Assembly: GCA_964535605.1 (NCBI GenBank)
Contig: CAZHUI010000008.1
Coordinates: 312 to 64,311, forward strand
Source: an uncultured Caulobacterales bacterium
Lineage (GTDB): Bacteria > Pseudomonadota > Alphaproteobacteria > Caulobacterales > Parvularculaceae
Reading direction: 5' to 3'
Length of the DNA: 64,000 nucleotides
Position numbers and translations under genes: made by a program. Numbering within the stretch: the stretch's first letter is position 1; each line of letters begins with the position of its first letter. The notes beneath the pieces were generated by a model. The model ran no database searches. It was not told the DNA's origin and worked only from the letters and a program-made list of their open reading frames with translations. Shown piece by piece: positions 22,880-32,123 of the stretch.

Positions 22880-23581
22880 ATGCCGGATGACGCCGGGAAA
22901 CCGGAGGAAAAACCGCACTGGCACGGTCACCGCGACCGGCTGCGTCAGCGCTTCCTGCGCGCGGGCGCGGAAGGCGTCGAAGATTATGAACTGCTTGAGC
23001 TGATCCTATTTCGCGCAAAGTCGCGCGGCGATGTGAAGCCGATCGCCAAATCCCTTTTGAAGACGTTCGGCGGCTTTGCGCCGGCGCTTGCCGCGCCGGT
23101 CGAGCGGCTTCTGGAGGTCGACGGCGTCGGTGAGGCGACCGCCGTCGAGTTGAAGATCATTCACGCCGCCGCGGTCAAACTTGCGCAGGCGCGCGTCCTC
23201 GGCCGCCCGGTCATTTCCTCCTGGGACGACCTTCTCGCCTATTGCCGGTCCTCGATGGCGGATGAGAAGATCGAACAGTTCCGCATTCTCTTCCTCGACA
23301 AGAAAAATATTCTCATCGCGGACGAAGTGCAGCAGCGGGGCACCGTCGATCACACCCCCGTCTATCCCCGCGAAGTCATCAAGAGGGCGCTGGAACTGTC
23401 GGCGTCGGCGATCATTCTCGTGCACAATCACCCGTCCGGCGACCCGACGCCGAGCCGCGCCGACATCGACATGACGAATCAGATCGTCAAAGCGGCCTTA
23501 CCGCTTGGGGTCAGGGTTCACGACCATCTCGTCATCGGCCACCGCACGGAGGCGAGCTTCAAAGGGCTCGGACTGCTCTAG
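22880..23581 (+). CDS. radC: RadC-family JAB-domain protein
   Basis: [11 protein letters not shown]-terminus, HhH region, [14 protein letters not shown] and HDHLVI motifs. Confidence 0.95.
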   Translation: MPDDAGKPEEKPHWHGHRDRLRQRFLRAGAEGVEDYELLELILFRAKSRGDVKPIAKSLLKTFGGFAPALAAPVERLLEVDGVGEATAVELKIIHAAAVKLAQARVLGRPVISSWDDLLAYCRSSMADEKIEQFRILFLDKKNILIADEVQQRGTVDHTPVYPREVIKRALELSASAIILVHNHPSGDPTPSRADIDMTNQIVKAALPLGVRVHDHLVIGHRTEASFKGLGLL

Positions 23582-23659
23582 CTTTCTTCCGGTGCGACGC
23601 ATCGTGGACTTGGCGGACAGCCGGCGTCATTCTTGCGCGCCGCTAAGAACGCAATCGCC

Positions 23660-25822
23660 ATGAAAACGCCCTCTCTCTTCGCTGTCATAGCCGCCGCGCT
23701 CTTCCTCGCCGCCTGCGGCGCGGCCACGGCGCCCGAGCCTGACGCTGGCGTTCTTGCCGCCATCGGCGCCGGCCGCGACGGCGTCGACGCAGCGGCGATC
23801 ATCGGGGCCGATGAAAATCCCGGCGAGTGGCTGAGCCACGGGCGCACCTATTCCGAGCAGCGCTTTTCGCCGCTGGACGCAATCACCCCGGCGACCGTCA
23901 AAGACCTTGGCCTTGCCTGGTCGTTCGACCTCGGCGTCAGCCGCGGCATCGAAGCGACGCCGATCGTCCGTGACGGGATCATGTATGTCACCGCGAGCTG
24001 GAACCTTGTCCACGCGCTCGACGCCAGGACCGGCGCGCCGCTGTGGTCGTTCGATCCCGAAGTCGATCGTTCGCGCGCATCCGTCATGTGCTGCGACATC
24101 GTCAATCGCGGCGTCGCGATCTGGGGCGACAAGGTCTACACCGGCACGATCGATGGGCGGCTGATCGCGCTCGATGCGAAATCGGGACGCAAAGTTTTTG
24201 ACGTCCAGACCGTCGATCTTTCGAAGCCCTACTCCATCACGGGCGCGCCGCGCGTCGTCAAAGGAAATGTCATCATTGGAAATGGCGGCGCTGAGCTTGG
24301 CGTGCGCGGTTATGTTTCCGCCTATGATGCGGAGACCGGCGCGCTCAACTGGCGTTTCCATACTGTGCCGGGAAATCCGGCGGACGGATTTGAGGACGCA
24401 GCGATGGAACGGGCGGCCTCGACCTGGACCGGCGAATGGTGGCGCCTCGGCGGCGGCGGCACGGTGTGGGATTCGATCGCCTATGATCCCGATCTGGATC
24501 TGCTCTACATCGGCGTCGGCAACGGCTCGCCCTGGAACCAGAAGATCCGGAGCCCTGAGGGCGGCGATAATCTTTTCCTGTCCTCGATCGTCGCGCTGAA
24601 GCCCGACACCGGAGACTATGTCTGGCACTATCAGACGACCCCCGGCGACACATGGGATTACACGGCGACGCAGCACATGATCCTCGCCGACCTTGAGATT
24701 GGCGGCGCCGTGCGCAAGGTGATCATGCAGGCGCCGAAAAACGGGTTTTTCTACGTCATCGACCGCGCAACCGGCGCGCTGATCTCGGCTAAAAATTTCG
24801 TGCCGGTGAACTGGGCGTCAGGCGTCGACGCCGCGACGGGTCGCCCGATCGAGAATCCCGAGGCGCGCTGGCCCGGCAAATCGCCGTTCTTCCAGCTGCC
24901 CGGTCCCATGGGCGCCCACAACTGGCACCCGATGTCGTTCAGCGCGACGACCGGTCTCGTCTACATTCCGGCTCAGGAAGTCCCGTTCCTCTATGCCGAG
25001 GACGCTCAGTACAAGGAGCGTGCCGGCGCCTGGAACACCGGAGCCGAGTTCGTGCTCGCCGCCATGCCGTCGGACGAGGCGACGTTCAAGGCTCTGCGAG
25101 CGCTCCTGAAGGGCCGCCTGATCGCATGGGATCCGGTTGCGCAGGCGCCGCGCTGGACTGTCGAACATTCGGGGCCCTGGAACGGGGGCGTCCTGTCGAC
25201 CGCCGGCGGCCTCGTCTTTCAAGGCGCATCCGACGCGCATTTCGCCGCCTATGACGCGGCGACCGGGGAGCGGCTCTGGCGGTTTTTTACGCAGACAGGC
25301 GTTGTCGCCGCGCCCATCTCCTATGAAATCGACGGCGAGCAATATGTGACCGTCGCCGCCGGCTGGGGCGGCGTTTACGCATTGGTCGCTGGCGGCATTG
25401 CGCCGACGGGCAGCGAAGCGAAGGTCGGCCGTGTGCTGACATTCAAAACCGGAGCGGCCGGCGCCTTGCCGGATGCCCCGTCTTTGGAAGAACCAGGCGC
25501 CGCCCCGCCCCAATCCGTCGCAACCGCTGAAACGATTCGGGCGGGCGCGCGCGCTTACGCGCAGTTCTGCTCGGTCTGCCATGGCGAACAGGCGATGTCG
25601 TCGGGTCTGATTCCGAACCTGCGCCACTCGCCGCTGCTCGCCGACGCCGACGCCTGGAATGAGGTCGTCCGCAACGGCGCGCGCGCGCCGCTCGGCATGG
25701 CCGGGTTCGGGGCAATCCTTGATGATGCCGCATCCGAGGCGGTCCGGGCCTTTGTCATCGCCGAAGCCAATAGCGGGCGCGACGCGGACTGGTATCGCAA
25801 GAATACGCCGGCCGGCCAGTAA
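23660..25822 (+). CDS. Type II quinohemoprotein (PQQ + heme c) alcohol dehydrogenase
   Basis: Lipoprotein-like signal (FLAAC), vicinal CC (MCCDIVNRG), GNGGAE, WDYTATQ, APKNGF, C-terminal CSVCH. Confidence 0.93.
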   Translation: MKTPSLFAVIAAALFLAACGAATAPEPDAGVLAAIGAGRDGVDAAAIIGADENPGEWLSHGRTYSEQRFSPLDAITPATVKDLGLAWSFDLGVSRGIEATPIVRDGIMYVTASWNLVHALDARTGAPLWSFDPEVDRSRASVMCCDIVNRGVAIWGDKVYTGTIDGRLIALDAKSGRKVFDVQTVDLSKPYSITGAPRVVKGNVIIGNGGAELGVRGYVSAYDAETGALNWRFHTVPGNPADGFEDAAMERAASTWTGEWWRLGGGGTVWDSIAYDPDLDLLYIGVGNGSPWNQKIRSPEGGDNLFLSSIVALKPDTGDYVWHYQTTPGDTWDYTATQHMILADLEIGGAVRKVIMQAPKNGFFYVIDRATGALISAKNFVPVNWASGVDAATGRPIENPEARWPGKSPFFQLPGPMGAHNWHPMSFSATTGLVYIPAQEVPFLYAEDAQYKERAGAWNTGAEFVLAAMPSDEATFKALRALLKGRLIAWDPVAQAPRWTVEHSGPWNGGVLSTAGGLVFQGASDAHFAAYDAATGERLWRFFTQTGVVAAPISYEIDGEQYVTVAAGWGGVYALVAGGIAPTGSEAKVGRVLTFKTGAAGALPDAPSLEEPGAAPPQSVATAETIRAGARAYAQFCSVCHGEQAMSSGLIPNLRHSPLLADADAWNEVVRNGARAPLGMAGFGAILDDAASEAVRAFVIAEANSGRDADWYRKNTPAGQ

Positions 25823-25832
25823 GCTGGCGACC

Positions 25833-27215
25833 TTAGTGCAGCTTCAGTTTCGGGCGCACGACCTGGTTGACATGGCCGATCGTAATCATGAAGAGCCCGC
25901 GCAGCCAGCCGTGAATGGCGATGAGGTGCATGCGGTAAAGAGAGACATACATGAACCGCGCCGCGCGGCCTTCGACCGCCATCCGGCCGCCGACAAGATT
26001 TCCCATCAGGCTGCCGACGGTTGAAAATTTCGAGAGCGACACCAGCGAGCCGTAGTCGTTATAGACGAATGTCTTCAACGGCTTTCCGTCGATCAGCGCC
26101 CTGATGTTTCTGTAGACGGTCTCAGCCATCTGGTGCGCGGACTGGGCCCTGGGCGGGATCGGACGCTCCGCGCCGTCGGGCTTATAGTGGGCGCAATCGC
26201 CGATCGCGAAAATGCGGTCGTCGCGCGTCGTCTGTAATGTCGGGCGAACGACCAGCTGGTTGCCGCGCGTCGATTCAAGACCGGCGATGTCTTTCAGGAA
26301 GTCCGGCGCTTTGACGCCGGCCGCCCAGATCCTGAGATCGCCCGCAACCATGTCGCCGCCCTTGACCTTCATGCCGTAGGGCGTCGCCTCCTCGACCTGC
26401 GCATTGACCCGAACATCGACACCGAGCGCGCGCAATTCCTCCGTCGCCGCTTCGGCGAGGTCCTCGGGAAGGGCGGGCAGGATGCGCGGCCCCGCTTCGA
26501 GGAGGGTCACCTTGAGACGGCTCTCGTCGAAAACCTCAAGGCCGTAATGGCGCAATTCCGCCGCCGCATTGTAAAGCTCGGCAGCAAGCTCGACCCCGGT
26601 CGCGCCGCCGCCGACGATCGCGACGCGGACATATTCGTCCGCATGCGGATAGCGCGCCATCGTGCGTGAAACGCGCAGGCACTGGTTGAGAAGCTTCTGG
26701 CGAAACCGGTCCGCTTCCTGCCGGCTCTCAAGGAAGAGGCAGTTCTGCTTGACGCCCTTGACGCCGAAATCGTTGGCGACGGAGCCGACCGCGATGACGA
26801 GATAGTCATAGCGGATACGATGCTCCCCCATGATCTCGGAGCCGTTCTCGTCCTGCAGCGGCGCGACGATCACTTCGCGGCGCTCGCGGTCGACGCCCTG
26901 CATGGCGCCGAGGAAAAAGCGATAGCCGCAGAGATACCCGTGTCCGCGATAGCCGACCTCGTCGAGATTGGCGTCGAGCGAGCCGGCCGCGACCTCATGC
27001 AGCAACGGCTTCCAGATATGCGTCGGGTTCTTCTCAAGGAGGATGACGTCAAACCGCTCGCGGCCTAGTTTCTTGCCGAGGCGCGCCGCCAGCTCAAGAC
27101 CGCCCGCGCCGCCGCCGACGACGACGATCTGGGTCTTCTTCGACTTCAGGTCCGCCGGCGCCGCGCGCTCAACGGGGGCTGCGCCGCGATCGGCGTTCAA
27201 AAGCTGTTCGTTCAT
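25833..27215 (-). CDS. ndh: Type II NADH dehydrogenase
   Basis: Two GGGxxG dinucleotide motifs (VGGGAGG, VGGGATGVELAAE), FAIGDCA, AQSAHQ. Start uncertain (27215, 27254 or 27269). Confidence 0.9.
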   Translation of the reverse strand: MNEQLLNADRGAAPVERAAPADLKSKKTQIVVVGGGAGGLELAARLGKKLGRERFDVILLEKNPTHIWKPLLHEVAAGSLDANLDEVGYRGHGYLCGYRFFLGAMQGVDRERREVIVAPLQDENGSEIMGEHRIRYDYLVIAVGSVANDFGVKGVKQNCLFLESRQEADRFRQKLLNQCLRVSRTMARYPHADEYVRVAIVGGGATGVELAAELYNAAAELRHYGLEVFDESRLKVTLLEAGPRILPALPEDLAEAATEELRALGVDVRVNAQVEEATPYGMKVKGGDMVAGDLRIWAAGVKAPDFLKDIAGLESTRGNQLVVRPTLQTTRDDRIFAIGDCAHYKPDGAERPIPPRAQSAHQMAETVYRNIRALIDGKPLKTFVYNDYGSLVSLSKFSTVGSLMGNLVGGRMAVEGRAARFMYVSLYRMHLIAIHGWLRGLFMITIGHVNQVVRPKLKLH

Positions 27216-27384
27216 ATCCGCCTTGTCCCCGCCGCCTTTGCCGGCATCTCCCATCAACGCCGCCGTCAATCAATTCATCGTGTCTATGCGGAAAAATAAT
27301 GATCAATCCGACAACGGGAAAGACGGCGATTCGACGACGCGGTGCCATCAGGCCGTAGCAGCGGCTTTTGGGGGCCAAATCCCT

Positions 27385-28569
27385 TCAACGATAGCGCAGC
27401 ATATCGCGCGTGAGCGCCCCAATCGCCGTGACCCCCATCAGCTTCATGTCGCGCTCGATCTCGGTCTTCAGATTGCCAAGCGCGCGTTCGACGCCCGGCT
27501 GGCCCGCCGCCGCGAGCGCATAGAGATAAAGGCGCCCCCCCGAACAGGCCTTGGCGCCAGCCGCTATCGCCTTCAGTACATGGGTGCCCCGGCGTACCCC
27601 GCCGTCGAGAATGACATCAAGGCGGTCGCCGACCGCGTCGGCGATCTCCGCGATCTGGTCGAAGGGCGAGCGCGAGCCGTCAAGCTGGCGCCCCCCATGG
27701 TTCGACACCATGATCGCGCTGGCGCCGATTTCCGCGGCGCGGCGCGCATCGGCGACGCTCATGACGCCTTTGAGGCAAAACGGCTTTCCCCATTTGGCGC
27801 AGAGCGCCTCGGCGTCCGACCAGTTCATCGACTGGTCGAGCATCGTCGAAAAATAGTCGCCGACCGACACCGCGATGTTCGACCCTTCGCGCACATGGCT
27901 TTTGAGTTCGACAAGCTCGAACGGATCATGCGTGAAATAGTTGAACGCCCAGGCCGGATGCGCGGCGAAACTCAACAGGCTTTGCAGGGTGAGCTGCGGG
28001 GGCGACGTGAATCCCGTATGCTTGTCGCGCTCGCGATTGCCGCCGGTGATCGTGTCGACGGTCAGCGCCAGCACGTCGAAATTCGCCGCCTTCGCGCGAT
28101 CAACCATGGCGTCGTTGAGGCCGCGATCCTTGTGGAAGTAGAATTGAAACATCTTCGGCGTCGAAATCATCGCCCCGATCTCGGCAAGGCTCACCGTGCC
28201 AAGTGAAGACACGCCGAACATCGTCCCGAATTTCTGCGCGGCGCGCGCCACCGCGCGCTCGCCGTCATGATGAAAGAGTCTCTGCAGGGCGGTCGGCGAA
28301 CAGAAAACCGGCATGGCCAGCTTCTGGCCCATCACCGTCACCGACATGTCGACATTCGTCACGCCGGCGAGCACGTTCGGCACGAGGTCGCAGCGATCGA
28401 ACGCTTCCGTGTTCCGGCGATAGGTGACTTCGTCGTCGGCGGCGCCGTCGATGTAGTGAAAGATCGGGCCGGGCAAACGGCGCCGCGCCAGCGCGCGCAG
28501 ATCGTCGACATTGTGGCAGTCATCAAGACTGCGGACGGCGTGTATCGGGGCGAGAAGCTTGCGTGTCAT
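27385..28569 (-). CDS. FMN-dependent alpha-hydroxy acid oxidase/dehydrogenase (LldD-like)
   Basis: YIDGAADDE, LTVD...GNRERD, LKG, VSNHGGRQLD, DGGVRRG motifs. Confidence 0.93.
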   Translation of the reverse strand: MTRKLLAPIHAVRSLDDCHNVDDLRALARRRLPGPIFHYIDGAADDEVTYRRNTEAFDRCDLVPNVLAGVTNVDMSVTVMGQKLAMPVFCSPTALQRLFHHDGERAVARAAQKFGTMFGVSSLGTVSLAEIGAMISTPKMFQFYFHKDRGLNDAMVDRAKAANFDVLALTVDTITGGNRERDKHTGFTSPPQLTLQSLLSFAAHPAWAFNYFTHDPFELVELKSHVREGSNIAVSVGDYFSTMLDQSMNWSDAEALCAKWGKPFCLKGVMSVADARRAAEIGASAIMVSNHGGRQLDGSRSPFDQIAEIADAVGDRLDVILDGGVRRGTHVLKAIAAGAKACSGGRLYLYALAAAGQPGVERALGNLKTEIERDMKLMGVTAIGALTRDMLRYR

Positions 28570-28733
28570 GGCGGGGGTCTGCGAGCGGGAAAAAGGGAAA
28601 TTCAGTTTGACGCGAACCAGTCAGGCAATTCCGACGCGCCTTCAAGGCCCTCAATGACCGCGTCAGGCTGTAGCCATGGGCAACGAAGGCGCGGCGTCTC
28701 GCCCGCTTCCTCGAATGCGCGTGAAAGCCGGAG

Positions 28734-28761
28734 CGGGCGTCGGGCGTCGGGCGTCGGGCGT
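28734..28761. repeat. Tandem heptamer (CGGGCGT)x4
   Basis: Four perfect copies read directly at 28734-28761. Confidence 0.9.
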
Positions 28762-28784
28762 AGAACCTTCAGGGCATTATTCCC

Positions 28785-28815
28785 AAAAGAAAAGGCGGCG
28801 CTGTCGCGCCGCCTT
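28785..28815 (-). terminator. Rho-independent terminator after the TonB-dependent receptor
   Basis: Minus strand AAGGCGGCGC-GACA-GCGCCGCCTT followed by TTCTTTT. Confidence 0.75.
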
Positions 28816-28835
28816 CCCTCCCCCCGTTCGCGCAA

Positions 28836-31800
28836 TCAGAACCGCAAGGAGAACCCGGCATAGGCGAAGCGGCCAACCGGGCTCACCGGCGTTCCGATCG
28901 ATCCGATATCGGGTTCCTGGTCGAGGAAATTATTAATTCCGGCGAATATCTCAGCGCGGTCGCGAATTTCATATCGGAACTGAATGTCATGCGTCGATAG
29001 CGCGCTTGAGCGGCCCGGCTCGAACAGGATCACGCCCTGCGCGGCGGCGGCGTCGAACTCGTCAATCTCGTCGCGGAAGATGCGATCCCGATAGCGCCAG
29101 CGGTAATTCACCGAAAGCCGTTCATAAAACCATGTGAGATCAAGCGCGCCGACATGGACAGGAGCGTCATCGCCCAGCAGCGTCCCGGCTTCGTCCCGCT
29201 CCTCATCCGCTTCCTGCCCGGGCAGGCTGACGACGTCGAGCCTTTCAAGATAGCTGCCGACATAGCGAAGATTGAATCGGCCTATGCTCGGCATGCCGAT
29301 CACTGCAGGATCGAACGCGTAATTCATTTCGTAATCGACGCCGGACGTTTCAAAGAAGGCGACATTCACCGGAACAACTTCGAGGAACGACAGGCCGCCG
29401 TCCGCGCGCCGGTCGATAAGGCTGCAGAAGCTGTTGGCGATCGAGGGCAGATCGACGCATTGGTCGACAATATCCTGGCTCGCCGGCGCGATGATGCCAT
29501 CCGTAATGCCGATCTTGAAATAGTCCGCCGCGAAGGAGAAGCCTTCGAGCCATCCCGGCTGATAGACGAATCCGGCGGTCCAGGTTTTCGCCTTCTCCTC
29601 CTTGAGCGCCGGATTGCCGCCGATCAAGCCTGGAAACGTGGCGTTAAGAATATCGTCGCCCTGGAAAGTCGCCGGATCGACTCCAAGCGGCGCCAGGATT
29701 GCGGCGCAGTTGGCCGCCCGCAAAGCGGGGTCGGACGCGAGCGGCAGATTGTCGATGTCGCACGGATCATCCGGAAGAAAGAAGGACTGATTCTGCGGGC
29801 TGAAGAGCTCGCCGATGTTCGGCGCGCGCACGGCGATGGAGTAAGTCCCCCGAAATCGGAGATCATCGACCGGGGAATATACGCCTCCCGCGTGCCAGGC
29901 GAGCGTCGAGCCGACAGTCGAGTAATCGGAAACCCGAACGGCGCCGTCGACGCGTAAGAGTTTTGCGAAGGGCTTGTCCGCGAGGAGCGGCGCCGAGACC
30001 TCGGCATAACCTTCGAAAACGCGATAGCCGCCTTCGGTCGGGAAAATCCTGTTCCCGAAAGTCAGTCCCGCCGTATTGATAAGCGGGGGCGTGTCGGAAC
30101 TGTCCTCATCCCGATATTCGACGCCGGCGGCAAAGCCTATAGGACCGGCGGGCAAGTCGATGACGCCGCCGGTGTCGCCATGCAGCGTCCCCGACAAGAC
30201 AAGCTGTTCGATGCGCGCCTCACGAAGACTGTCATCGTTCACAAAGTCGACCGCCGCCTGCGACGCGTTGCCGAGCCCGAAGAGGTTCAGCGGCTGACAG
30301 CCGCTTGCAGGGCCGGGCGTGAAGAAGGGCGTCGTTCCGAAATTGTCAGGTGTGACTGCCGTGTTGAAGGCGTCGAAAAAACCGAGGAAGCCAAAGCCGC
30401 CCGGGAAAGGGATTTGCGGGGGCAAGGCTGACGGATCAATATTGGTCCGGCAGGTCGGCTGGCCGGTCGAGGGATCGATGACGGCGTCGAGCGCGGCGTA
30501 GAACCTGTCGAGCACGAGATTGTTCGTCGCGGTGAACTGCTCGCTCGTGCGCCCATAGACGACCGAAAAGTCGAGACCGAGATTGTCGAACGTTCCCGGC
30601 AGGATTTTAGTTTCGACCCCTCCGGCGACGCGATAGGTGCGCCGGCGCACGTCCTCCCCCCGGCGGCCGAGGTCAAAAAGATCGTGCGACAAGAAAATCG
30701 TATCGACGTCGGCCATCGCCGAGGCGTCGATGATCGCTTGCGGCACGAACGGATTTTCGTTCACGAGGACGGGAACTAGATCGCTGAAGGCGGGACTGCC
30801 GGCAGCGAAGGAGTCGACCTCGGCGAATTTCAGTTCCAGAAATCCGCGGACATTGGGATTGAAGTCGTAGCGCGCATTGATGTTGCCGACATAGCGCTCG
30901 ATGTCAGACGTCAGGCTGCCGGTGAGGTCGCTGATGCGCGTCGCGCTGCCGCCGAGCGTATTCCGGAAATTAACCGGCTCGCCAAGATCGTAGGGGTCGC
31001 CGTCGCCTTCGAAATCAAAAAGGAGGTCAAAGCCGTTAAAGAAATCGAGCGCGACAGCGCCGCCCGGGCTCGCAAAGGCGATGGTGGCGTCCTGGAGGAA
31101 TATTTGCTGGCGTCTGTCGGGACCATTGGGATCAAAATTCGGATTGTCGAGCAGCGCGAAAGATTCGCCGCCCGCAAAGTCCCGATCCGATGTGTCTATG
31201 CCCCTTTCATTGGAATATTCGAACGCGGCGACGATATTGCCGCGTCCGTCGGCGAAGTTTGTCCCGGCGGCGATGCTTGCAAAATAGTTCGCCGCATCGC
31301 CGTGATCGGGCGTCAGGCCGCCCTGCGCGCGCACCGACACTCCTTCGAAATCGTCTTTCATGATGAAGTTCACGACGCCCGTGACGGCGTCGGCGCCGTA
31401 GACTGAGGATGTGCCGCTGGTCAGCACGTCGACGCGCTCAATCAGATCGACGGGAATGGTGTTGATATCGACGGCGGTGCTCGACCCCGAACCGCCGACA
31501 TGACGGCGCCCGTTCACCAGCACCAGCGTCCTGTTGCCGCCAAGGTTTCTGAGGTTGAGGATGTTCAGCCCGGTCGCGCCGATGCCCGCGTTCGTCGAAT
31601 CGTCATTGTCGATCGAGCCCACCAATGAAGGAACCTCGTTCAACAACTCGACGAGGTTCGTTTCTCCCGATCGCTGGATGTTCATCGAATCGATCGACGT
31701 GACGGGCGCAGGCGATTGCAGCGCCGGCCGCGCGATTCGCGATCCGGTCACAACTACTTCGTCCTGAGGCGTTGCATCCGCAGGTGACGCATCGGGGATT

Positions 31801-31925
31801 TGCTCGATTTCGTCGGCCTGCGCAAACGCCGCCGATCCGACTAGAAGCGCCGCCCAGCATGCGCTTGCCGTCAACCCCCGCCGCAGCCCCCGTCTCGCCG
31901 CGCCCCTTGAACAATCCTGCGCCAT
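28836..31925 (-). CDS. TonB-dependent receptor
   Basis: Signal peptide, EVVVTGSRI TonB box, plug (LRNLGGNRTLVLVNGRR, IERVDVL...YGADAVTGVVNF), C-terminal GRFAYAGFSLRF. Confidence 0.95.
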   Translation of the reverse strand: MAQDCSRGAARRGLRRGLTASACWAALLVGSAAFAQADEIEQIPDASPADATPQDEVVVTGSRIARPALQSPAPVTSIDSMNIQRSGETNLVELLNEVPSLVGSIDNDDSTNAGIGATGLNILNLRNLGGNRTLVLVNGRRHVGGSGSSTAVDINTIPVDLIERVDVLTSGTSSVYGADAVTGVVNFIMKDDFEGVSVRAQGGLTPDHGDAANYFASIAAGTNFADGRGNIVAAFEYSNERGIDTSDRDFAGGESFALLDNPNFDPNGPDRRQQIFLQDATIAFASPGGAVALDFFNGFDLLFDFEGDGDPYDLGEPVNFRNTLGGSATRISDLTGSLTSDIERYVGNINARYDFNPNVRGFLELKFAEVDSFAAGSPAFSDLVPVLVNENPFVPQAIIDASAMADVDTIFLSHDLFDLGRRGEDVRRRTYRVAGGVETKILPGTFDNLGLDFSVVYGRTSEQFTATNNLVLDRFYAALDAVIDPSTGQPTCRTNIDPSALPPQIPFPGGFGFLGFFDAFNTAVTPDNFGTTPFFTPGPASGCQPLNLFGLGNASQAAVDFVNDDSLREARIEQLVLSGTLHGDTGGVIDLPAGPIGFAAGVEYRDEDSSDTPPLINTAGLTFGNRIFPTEGGYRVFEGYAEVSAPLLADKPFAKLLRVDGAVRVSDYSTVGSTLAWHAGGVYSPVDDLRFRGTYSIAVRAPNIGELFSPQNQSFFLPDDPCDIDNLPLASDPALRAANCAAILAPLGVDPATFQGDDILNATFPGLIGGNPALKEEKAKTWTAGFVYQPGWLEGFSFAADYFKIGITDGIIAPASQDIVDQCVDLPSIANSFCSLIDRRADGGLSFLEVVPVNVAFFETSGVDYEMNYAFDPAVIGMPSIGRFNLRYVGSYLERLDVVSLPGQEADEERDEAGTLLGDDAPVHVGALDLTWFYERLSVNYRWRYRDRIFRDEIDEFDAAAAQGVILFEPGRSSALSTHDIQFRYEIRDRAEIFAGINNFLDQEPDIGSIGTPVSPVGRFAYAGFSLRF

Positions 31926-32123
31926 ACCGATTTTCTCGCCCTCGCCTCTTCAACGCGGCGCCTCCTTCGCGGTCGTATGAAGAGGGGGCCGGGACCGTTC
32001 CTGATCAAAGCGGCCCATGACCAAGACACCGGCCCTCAGCCCGCGCTCAGCCGGGAGCGGCGCTAGACAGTTCGGTGTGACGCTCGCGCCACAGACTCTT
32101 AGCTGAGGGCTGCGCGGCGCGCT

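Noticed and set aside
22880-23581. radC as a marker of a mobile or anti-defence element
   Set aside because: It is a full-length chromosomal form beside map, a common alphaproteobacterial arrangement.
23660-25822. Lanthanide-dependent PQQ dehydrogenase
   Set aside because: The motif is WDYT, lacking the extra Asp (D-x-D) of XoxF/PedH, which fits a Ca-dependent type II enzyme.
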